Program-made: the position numbers and the translations under genes
Shown: positions 53,898 to 64,000 of the stretch, piece after piece
Layout of the letters: every line of letters starts with the position of its first letter
Position numbering within the stretch: position 1 is the stretch's first letter
Notes under the pieces: model-generated
Database searches by the model: none
What the model was told of the DNA's origin: nothing
The model's input: the letters and a program-made list of their open reading frames with translations, nothing else
Origin: Octopus sinensis
Lineage: Eukaryota
DNA length: 64,000 nt
Assembly: GCF_006345805.1 (NCBI RefSeq)
Contig: NC_043001.1
Span: forward strand, 103,602,001 to 103,666,000
Direction of reading: 5' to 3'

Positions 53898-55441
53898 ATA
53901 TATGTATATCCTTATATATATGTGAAAAATATATGTCCGTATGTTACTGTATATATATATATTATATATATATATATATTATATATATATATATTATATT
54001 TGTGTGTATAGATATATGTATATATAAATAATATATATATATATGTATGTGTGTGCGAATGTATATATATATATATATATATATGTATATACGCATATAT
54101 GGACATATGAATGTGCGTATGTATGCACATATATATATATATCTATACATATGTGTGTGTGTGTGGTTACAGCAGAAGAAGTGATGTAATTAAAACTGTG
54201 TCTGGTAATAACGGTGAATGTAAATAAATGTAAAACGTTTTCCCTGAATTACCGAAGCGAATATGTAAATACTTCAAAGCCGCTAAAGCATGCGCAGGTC
54301 TACAATTCATTTGTCAGATTTATTTTATTTATTTATTGATATATTTATTTGCTTAATGTTCAAAACAAGTTTTGCATTTCAATGTCTTGAATATTGGACT
54401 TGATAAATTGCAATATATGTTGCCAAGAAAGGAAGGGCGGGGAAAAACACATATATTTTAATTTTAATTTCGTTTTTCTTACTTTTTCGCAGTCCTAATC
54501 TCGTATGTGCAAATTAACGAAAACTGATTCCTGTTTTGAAGTAAATAAAAAGTTAATCAATGGAAAAGTAACGAGGTGTGCATGATTTGAGTTCTTTGCA
54601 CCATTAGCCCATTCTTGCTTACTTTCTACACATTTTCCATTTTGGCCAATCCTGATAATAAATGCGCCATTTTCGTATTTCTTCCATATCCACAACTCAC
54701 ACCTACACCCATACATATATGATTATACTCGCACAAGCGTGTACATATATATCCAAAATTATATATATGAGATTGCGTATATTTCTGTATACACATAATT
54801 ATGCATAACTATGTGTATATATGTATATCTAACCATCTCTTGACCTCTCAATCTATATTTCTCTCTATATATATATGCATATGTATATGTATATGTATAT
54901 ATAACTGTCACTAAATGTGACTAGGGTCTTAAAAACACCTACATTCCTAGGAAGAAGGGCTAAAATGCTCTAATTCTGTAGTTAACGCGCATAAATGAAA
55001 ACATATGAAATAACAGGGGCTATAAATGTTCTAATAATGCCGACAGAGAATTCTTAGGATTGACGTCACTTTCGGCGGTTTCCTTTGCCTCATCAGTTAA
55101 GCAAGTTCGGTTTCGGATTTTTCCGAACCTGTTTTCTCTTAGTATACATGTTTTCGTTATCCAAATTAATGGATCATTTAACTATTCGCTAATGTGCACA
55201 CAGAAAATTAATATAAGGGACAATGTGGGAGCCCTTAAAATAGCAAGCATTCCTTAGCTACACACAAGACAAAATTTCATAAAGACAGGGCAGTTATTCC
55301 TCTACGACTTTTTGTAAATTCTTAAATATATCTCCTTCTGAGTATATACACTCTCCACGCCGCTGGACAACAACCTTTCCCTCTGCTGATTATTATATAT
55401 TTATGGTTCGCAGTTGCTTTACTGTTTTTATTGTTGTTCTG

Positions 55442-55508
<67 letters not shown>

Positions 55509-55974
55509 TAAATTTCTTCGATGCGTCTGCAAGAATATAATGTGCCCAAAACTACGAAGAGATGCGATTTGATCGAAGAATTGAGACGAAGAATGATAAG
55601 AAGTAATCAATGAAAAATATCATAGCGGGGATCTATTAATCAGATATGATATATTGCATATAAATTAGATCAAATATGACAGCCAGACAAAAACATGTTA
55701 CAAGCAAAATTGGAACAGACGAAAAATACATGCCTGCATCAAAAGACACATGGTTATGTATACTCCAGAAACTGCGAGGCTTGTGTTATAAAAAGCTTAT
55801 ATTTTATTTGATATAAGTGTAGTATTGAATGGAGCGTATGCGGCTATAGAAAGGCTCATATAATGATATATAATTATATACATATCAACACATCCATCAA
55901 CAGGCACAAACACACATAATACACCACCTATAATACGTACAGCCATATGTATTTAACTATACATGCATTATATA

Positions 55975-56034
<60 letters not shown>

Positions 56035-56426
56035 TGTATATATATATATATATATATATTGACAACTCCACTAGAATGGACGAAAGCGTTAATATATGAT
56101 ATATGAGTATAAAAGCATGTAATATACAAATAAATGCCTGTAAATATAAAACCATCCGAGTACCTCATTTCTTCTAATATAAAATACCTATACATCAACT
56201 CCAAACCTTCTAATATATATATAATATATATATATATATACATGTATGTGTATATATACATATGCATATATACACATATATATATATACATGTATATATA
56301 TGTATGTGTATATATACATATGCATATATATATATATATATACATGTATATATATGTATGTGTATATATACATATGCATATATATATATATATACATGTA
56401 TACATATGTATGTGTATATATACATA

Positions 56427-56485
<59 letters not shown>

Positions 56486-56504
56486 GTATGTAATATATAT
56501 ATAT

Positions 56505-56670
56505 GGGTACAGGACGTCAGCAACAGTAAACAACATGAAATACGAAAACAAATGAGTTCAATACACAAACAACGAAAGAAACAAATGGAAAGCAGGACAA
56601 GTAACACAAAGAACGACTCTTCATCAGTTGTCGGCTGTCTGTCTACTCCCCATTTCGAGCATTGAGTGAC
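56505..56670 (-). mobile_element. Dispersed repeat abutting (TA)n (probable PLE end)
   Basis: Second copy of the 53738-53897 family. Confidence 0.6.
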
Positions 56671-56681
56671 GCATACATACA

Positions 56682-56715
<34 letters not shown>

Positions 56716-56785
56716 CATACATACATACATACATACATGCATGCATACATACATACATACATACATACATACATACATACATACA

Positions 56786-56817
<32 letters not shown>

Positions 56818-58149
56818 CGACGAGCCTCTTTCAGTTTCCGTCTACCAAATCCACTCACAAGCCTTCGATCGGCCCGAGGCTATAGTAGAAGACACTTGCT
56901 CAAAGTGCCACCCAGTGGGACTGAACCCGGAACCTTGCGGTTCGTAAGCAAGCTACTTACCACACATCCACTCATACGCCTATGGAAAAATTATTTGAAA
57001 CCTATGGAAAAAAATTAATTATGAAATATTTGCCGTAGTTTTAAGATCATTTTCACTTTAAAACATTCTTTTAAATATACCAAAAGAATTTTTGTAATGT
57101 TATTCCCTTGGAAATCATGTTAAAAACATCAAAAGATTATCTGTTTAAAGAAAGCTAAAATATAAATACTTACTGCAGAAACAACTTACATTTTTGAAAT
57201 CACATTCACTTAGAAATATTTCTAAATGATTAAAATATTGTGCTTAACAAAAAGTGAAAATACAAACATTTACTGTAAAAGAACAAATCCTATTTTTTGT
57301 TGTCTCGTAACAGCGACTAATCGAAAGGTAAGAGTTACTTCCCTTTCAGGATTAGATTATTTTCGGAGAATTTTCCCACTATGCACCATTTGGGGGGATT
57401 TATATCTCGAAGCCCCCTAATACCTCAATAACCGGTTGTCCGATTTACGCGAAACTTGATTTATTCCGTTCGTATTAATATTTCAGGGGCGACTTAATTC
57501 ATAGAATTTTCCCATTATGCCCCAATTTGGGTGGGTAACATTACAAGCAAGCAACGTTCAAGGTCACTTTTAATGTATTATAGATATATGTATGCATGTA
57601 TATATATATGTATGCATATGCCAAAGTTTCTTCAGCATTTTAGGCGTTTAAAGTATCGACTCGCGTGGCGGTTTCACTAATTACATAGACATGATGGACA
57701 GCTCACATTTGAATATGTCCTTAAGATGGGACTAGTCTTTATATTGTACCAGACATGTTGAAATTTTACCATTATGATTTATTGTGAAATGAAGTCTTCC
57801 AATTATAACGGAATTGAGAAAGCCATATGAATCCAGAGACGACCAATCTATGGAATTTTATTCCGTTTATATCAATGAATATATGGCGTCACACAGTAGT
57901 ATGTATGTCTTGATGAAATAACTTCTGAAGGATACGAGAAATAGATTTCCTGCAGATGTGAAATGCATTAAAATATTGTCAGTCTTATAGTTGTAGTCAA
58001 TACACACACACAAGCACACACACACACATTCACACACATACACAAACATATGTATGTATATATATAAAGAAAAAGCGAAAGAGAGAGAGAGGGAGAGCGG
58101 GAGAGAGACAGAGAAAGAGGTTGCGGTGAAAATATTGTCTAAATTATGC

Positions 58150-58992
58150 AAAACTGAAAATAACATTTACATTTCATTTTAAAAGGTGTATTTACCAAAA
58201 TTGCATTAAAATATCTTGAAATACTATAGAGTAAATATATTCAATAAAATCGCCATTGGCTGCAACCACGGCCTCCAGGTGACTTACGAATCTCCTGTAA
58301 CTCTTTTGGACGCTATCCCTCTTTAATTTGGTAAATGCTGCGATAATCCTTACCTTCAGTTCATCTTTGGTGCTACAAGGAGTTTTGTTGGTCTCTCACT
58401 GAACTACGCCCCAGACATAACAATCAAGGGGGCTACAGTCTGGAGAGTTAGGTGGCCAAATGTTAGGAGTGAAGTGGTCGCAGAAATTGACTGACAGCTA
58501 TGACAGGGTCCTCCTGCTTGTATCACACGGGGCAGAGTCCTGTTGCCAGACTCAGGATCTTGCAACAGCCACTCTCTTGACCCAGGGCAACACTACCTCC
58601 TCCAGGCACTTGCTGTAGGACACCGTGTTGAGTCTGAGGCTGTATGGGAAGATGAATGGAATCATGACGTTGCCATCACTAGTGATTTTTCCAAACACCA
58701 TGATGTTAACTGGATGTTTGATTTTTATCACTCTCGGTACATGTTTTGGGGACACAGCAAGCCAAGGGTTGTTCTATGTGTTCACTGTCTTTTCGTATTG
58801 GAGCATCTAGCGCGAATCCCAAGCATAACAGCCTGTCTTTTCCGAATTTCTGGCAGAGTGAATTACGCCATGTGGGCACGACGGTGCCCAGGTAACCCTA
58901 CTATACTGTATAGTCTACAAAACCAAAATCAAACAATGCGCTTTCGAGAAATTAAGAATATAAAATGGCGACAATTTACCCATCCCACTCTG
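58150..58992 (-). pseudogene. DD37D (maT-type) Tc1/mariner transposon, internally deleted and decayed
   Basis: KHPVNIMVFGKITSDG..PFIF..VVLPW, then VWQQDSAPCDTSRRTLS*LSVNFCDHFTPNIWPPNSPDCSPLDCYVWG (37 aa between the 2nd and 3rd D); TA-flanked end cagagtgggatgggtaaattgtcgcc at 58992. Confidence 0.88.
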
Positions 58993-59379
58993 TATAAAAT
59001 GTTCTTTGAAAAGAGATGCTTAAGGGATAGTGATATTTTCGATTTGTGTTTCTAACAAATCGACCCCATGGGAAAAATATGATATTTATCTCCGTCATCT
59101 TACAATAAAATAGGAATGAAGATATATTTTTAATTATACATAAATAAAGGTGTTATTGGAATGAAATGTTTTCCATTAACTCTAGCTTAGGAATTGAAAG
59201 ATAATACATCTTTTAATAAGTGAGAAGTAATTGAAAAGTAACAAACCATCATTTAGCTTATATTTGCCTAGGAATATATTTTAAAAAAATATATGTGTAC
59301 ACATACACACGTATGTACTTATGTATGCATGTATGTATGTATGTACATATTATATATACATACATACATATATATATAT

Positions 59380-59434
<55 letters not shown>

Positions 59435-59734
59435 AATATATAATATATATATATATATACATACAAATATATATATGTATACATACATATATATATACAT
59501 ACATATATATATATATATTATATATATATAGTAAAGAAATATATATATATTTAGAAAAAAGTAAAGATATATACATATACACACATATATATATATATAT
59601 GTATGTATGTAAGTATGTATATATGTATATATATATATTGCAAATGTATCGTATATCGGAAAAAGTGGCAGACTCTGAAGCATAGAGCAGTAATGTATTT
59701 ATATGTAGTTAAGTCAATGTCCGGTGATAGAGCG

Positions 59735-60510
59735 ACCAACGATTTCGCATCCATAAATAGGTATTTCGCCTGTCTTTACGTTCTGGGTTCAAATTCCGCC
59801 GAGGTTGACTTTGCCTTTCAGGCTTTTGGGGTCGATAAATTTGTTTATAATTTGATAAACCAGTTGTGTACTGGAGTCGATCTAATCGACTTAACCTTTT
59901 TGTCTGTCCTTGTTTATCCACTCTATGTTTAGCTCCTTGTGGGCAATAAAGAAATAAGAAACGTTAGCATGCCGGGCGAAATGCATAGCGGTATTTCGTC
60001 TGCGTTACGTTGTGAGTTCAAATTCCGCCGAGGTCGACTTTGCCTTTCATCCTTTCGGGGTCGATAAATTAAGTACCAGTTACGCACTGGGGTCGATGTA
60101 ATCGACTTAATACCTATGTCTGTCCTTGTTTGTCCTCTCTGTGTTTAGCCCCTTGTGGGTAATAAAGAAATAGGTATTTCGTCCGCTACTACGTTCTGAG
60201 TTCAAATTCCGCCGAGGTCGACTTTGCCATTCATCCTTTCGGGGTCGATAAATTAAGTACCAGTTACGCACTGGGGTCGATATAATTAAGTACCGGCGAG
60301 CTGAGTTACGCACTGGAGTCGATATAATCGACTTAATCCGTTTGTCTGTCCTCGTTTGTCCCCTCTGTGTTTAGCCCCTTGTGGGTAGTAAAGAAATAGG
60401 TATTTCGTACGTCTCTACGTCCTGAGCTCAAATTCCGCCGAGGTCGACTTTGCCTAAAATCAGTACCAGCTGCATACTGAGGATCGGTCTAATCGTGCCT
60501 AGAGTAGAAA
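59735..60510 (+). mobile_element. Family A SINE concatemer (three module junctions)
   Basis: cttgtggg.a.taaagaaata.g at about 59937, 60152 and 60378; four body copies. Confidence 0.9.
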
Positions 60511-61036
60511 AGAAGTATAGTTAAGGTTGGATGAAATTATGTTTCATGATAACGCTTGTAACAAGGGAATATAACGCTGAGTTGAAAAATACGCGTGAAA
60601 ACCGCCGGCAATTAGTGAATTAGTTAGTCATAATAGGTCTGCTGTGGTCGCTCGTATTCGTGACAGGAATTAGACTGCTCGGTTAGACAAAAGATGGAAT
60701 CCTGGCTATTGATGTTAAAAGTCATAAATTAATAGCTATCGTCCAAATTATCCGCATCAACGGAGATAATTACTGCATCTAAAGCGCAAACAAGGACACA
60801 GAGACATAATATCGATCCAAAATATTGAAGGTAGCATTATGTTCCCTTGACAGTCGATACTACCAAGTCTCGGCCTGCGTCCAAGAAGTCTGGATACATG
60901 AGGGGCAATAACATAAAGGGAGTTGAAAAAGAGTTTTAAAGAGAATATTCCTAAAGAACGGTCATATATAAATATATATGTATGTGTATATAAGCACACA
61001 TACATACACATAGATATATACATATATATATATATG

Positions 61037-61138
<102 letters not shown>

Positions 61139-61294
61139 CATATTAATTTATATATAGAGGGCATTATACATACATGCCAGAAGGCATTATACATACATGC
61201 CACACGCTAAGAGGGACAATTAGTCATTTCTACCAAAAATATTGCTAATCCCACCGAATGCAATTTTTCAAAGTAAGACATTTAAAAAATATAT

Positions 61295-61342
61295 AGACCT
61301 GTATCACAGTGATTTCATACTTACGTATTCATCAGCAGGCCT
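61295..61342 (-). ncRNA. Type I hammerhead ribozyme, copy 1
   Basis: AGGCCUG-CUGAUGA-AUAC(GUAA)GUAU-GAAA-UCACUGUGA-UA-CAGGUCU. 7-bp stem I (one GU), 4-bp stem II with GNRA loop, near-palindromic stem III, AUA triplet (cut between 61302 and 61301). Confidence 0.9.
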
Positions 61343-61776
61343 GAATGTATTATAAATAAACAACGACCCTGTCCCGCTTAAGCCGATCAGCTAACTGATC
61401 AACATCAACGAAGCACATGGGTGAGTTTACATATATTACATCCGGATAAATGGCAAACTTTTACGAATTGCATTTCGGGAGAGGAAAAGTTTTTTCGGAA
61501 TAAAAATTTAGCAATTAAGGACAACTACTTAATAAGGAAAACTTAACAAGAAATTGTCAGGTAGATAGCGTGAAAACCTCATAAGAGAAAAAATTTCGAA
61601 AATAATTATTTCTTATTGAACATATTAATTTATATATAGAGGGCATTATACATACATGCCAGAAGGCATTATACATACATGCCACACGCTAAGAGGGACA
61701 ATTAGTCATTTCTACCAAAAATATTACTAATCCCACCGAATGCAATTTTTCAAAGTAAGACATTTAAAAAATATAT

Positions 61777-61824
61777 AGACCTGTATCACAGTGATTTCAT
61801 ACTTACGTATTCATCAGCAGGCCT
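61777..61824 (-). ncRNA. Type I hammerhead ribozyme, copy 2
   Basis: Identical to copy 1, 482 bp away; cut between 61784 and 61783. Confidence 0.9.
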
Positions 61825-62344
61825 GAATGTATTATAAATAAACAACGACCCTGTCCCGCTTAAGCCGATCAGCTAACTGATCAACATCAACGAAGCACAT
61901 GGGTGAGTTTACATATATTACATCCGGATAAATGGCAAACTTTTACGAATTGCATTTCGGGAGAGGAAAAGTTTTTTCGGAATAAAAATTTAGCAATTAA
62001 GGACAATTACTTATACGTAAGTATGAAATCACTGTGATACAGGTCTATATATTTTTTAAATGTCTTACTTTGAAAAATTGCATTCGGTGGGATTAGTAAT
62101 ATTTTTGGTAGAAATGACTAATTGTCCCTCTTAGCGTGTGGCATGTATGTATAATGCCTTCTGGCATGTATGTATAATGCCCTCTATATATAAATTAATA
62201 TGTTCAATAAGAAATAATTATTTTCGAAATTTTTTCTCTTATGAGGTTTTCACGCTATCTACCTGACAATTTCTTGTTAAGTTTTCCTTATTAAGTAGTT
62301 GTCCTTAATTGCTATATATACATACATATATATATTCTCTTTCT

Positions 62345-62745
62345 CTTTTCTCTTTTCTTTGTTTCAGTCATTTGACTGCGGCCATGCTGGAGCACCGCCT
62401 TTAATCGAGCAAATCGACCCCGGGACTTATTTTTTGTAAGCCCAGTACTTATTCTATCGGTCTCTTTTGCCGAACCGCTAAGTGACGGGGACATAAACAC
62501 ACCAGCATCGGTTGTCAAGCAATGCTAGGGGGACAAACACAGACACACAAACATATACACACATACATATATATATATACATATATACGACAGGCTTCTT
62601 TCAGTTTCCGTCTACCAAATCCACTCACAAGGCATTGGTCGGCCCGGGGCTATAGCAGAAGACACTTGCCCAAGATGCCACGCAGTGGGACTGAACCCGG
62701 AACCATGTGGTTGGTTAGCAAGCTACTTACCACACATCCACTCCT
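62345..62745 (-). mobile_element. tRNA-derived SINE, family B (full length)
   Basis: Near-consensus copy of family B. Confidence 0.9.
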
Positions 62746-62782
62746 GCACTATATGTATATATATATACATATATATATATTA

Positions 62783-62860
<78 letters not shown>

Positions 62861-63424
62861 ATATACACACACCCATGCCAATTTCCCATTGTATTTTTAT
62901 TAGCGAGTAGCCACAGCAAGATACATATAAACACCAGGCATTCTATTCATTTCCCAATTCAAAGGGGTTAGACCCGTTCTATGTTCGGATGAAGTCATAG
63001 AACGCAATATCAGCAGCGAGGTCCGACAGCATATGCCGGTTTACCTCCACCGCTCCATGCTGGTTCCGCACCCCTTTGAGCAACATCAAAATTCACTCAT
63101 ACATACACAAACACACTCCAAGCTTTTCTATCATTTATAAACTCTCTTGCCTCTCTCGCTCCAACAACTCTAACCACCATCTACACAAACCGAGGTCTGC
63201 CTCTCGTTCTGCTGCCTACCACTTCTGCTTTGATCACTCTCCATAAAACTCCGCTCCTCATCCATCCTCTCCATGTGGCCTTCACCGTATATTGACTATA
63301 GAGAATAGTTTAATATTGAGGGGTATAAAACCCCTTAACGAAGAACATGGTATAAGTACGCATGCCCTTTTTTCTGTAACGCGGTCTTGTATGCTGTAAT
63401 ATTGAATTATTTTCTGTAGTCAAT

Positions 63425-63610
63425 ATACGGGTGCAATGCTTAGCGGCATTTCGTCTGTCTTTACATTCTGAGTTCAAATTCCGCCGAAGTCAACATTGGC
63501 TTTCAACCTTTCTGGGTTGATGAATTAAGTACCAGTTGTATACTGAAGTCGATCTAATTGACTGCTCCCTCTCCCCCAAAATGTTGGGCTTTGTGCCAAG
63601 AGTAGAAAAG
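63425..63610 (+). mobile_element. Family A SINE (diverged)
   Basis: gcttagcggcatttcgtc..gagttcaaattccgccga..ctagagtagaaaagaat-like tail. Confidence 0.75.
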
Positions 63611-63689
63611 AATAGACGGCGAAGGTTTACAATTCTGTTTATAGAACGTCAATCGCCACTGTTGCCTTTGTTCCTGCAGAATTTGCATA

Positions 63690-63858
63690 TCTTTTCTCTT
63701 TGATTTGTTTCGGCCATGCTAGGGCACCGCCTTGAAGGGTTTTAGCCGAACAAATTGATGCCAGGAGATTTTTAAAGCTCGGTGTCTTTTTGCTGAACTG
63801 CCAAGTTAAGGGAACTTAAACGCACAAACACCGGTTGTCAAGCGGTGGTAGGTTCCAA

Positions 63859-63928
<70 letters not shown>

Positions 63929-64000
63929 GTAAATACATATATACGACGGGCTTCTTTCAGATTCCATCTATCAAATCCACTCACAAGGCTTTGACCGGCC
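63690..64000 (-). mobile_element. Family B SINE running off the window end
   Basis: Tail and body match family B. Confidence 0.75.

Larger units (their letters stand above)
61139..62314 (-). mobile_element. Hammerhead-containing tandem element with 5' inversion (retrozyme-like / non-autonomous PLE-like)
   Basis: 482-bp unit 61139-61620 is repeated at 61621-62013 (2 substitutions seen); 62013-62314 is the exact reverse complement of 61509-61810; (TA)n on both sides; no ORF. Confidence 0.85.

Noticed and set aside
55060-55105. Minus-strand CTGATGA-GGC..GCC-GAAA
   Set aside because: Stem III has a G-G clash and stem I does not pair; likely chance.
61345-61480. Weak GIY-YIG-like words (VIY..LADRL; C..CNIC) in the 482-bp unit
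   Set aside because: Wrong spacing, and the two motifs overlap in different frames; cannot support a coding remnant.

Overview
AT-rich animal genomic DNA saturated with microsatellites ((TA)n, (TG)n, (TAGA)n, (TATG)n, (TAT)n) and several tRNA-derived SINE families. The repeat landscape is most consistent with an Octopus (coleoid cephalopod) intron or intergenic region; this is inference from recognising the repeats, not a database result. No host protein-coding exon can be identified with confidence, and almost all ORFs in the supplied track are translated microsatellites. Recognisable transposon fossils are a DD34D mariner (36.7-37.8 kb), a DD37D maT-type Tc1/mariner (58.2-59.0 kb), an RTE-type LINE RT fragment (44.7-45.1 kb), a Penelope-like element (PLE) with RT and GIY-YIG remnants (26.4-27.3 kb) and several MITEs. 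The main observation is a set of hammerhead ribozyme (HHR) motifs. At 61.1-62.3 kb a non-coding 482-bp unit is tandemly duplicated, each copy carries a fully paired type I hammerhead on the minus strand, a perfect 302-bp inverted copy caps it, and the whole insert sits between (TA)n tracts: a retrozyme-like / non-autonomous PLE-like element. Six further insertions carry complete or near-complete minimal hammerheads, all on the minus strand, and several have their 3' ends in (TA)n microsatellites.
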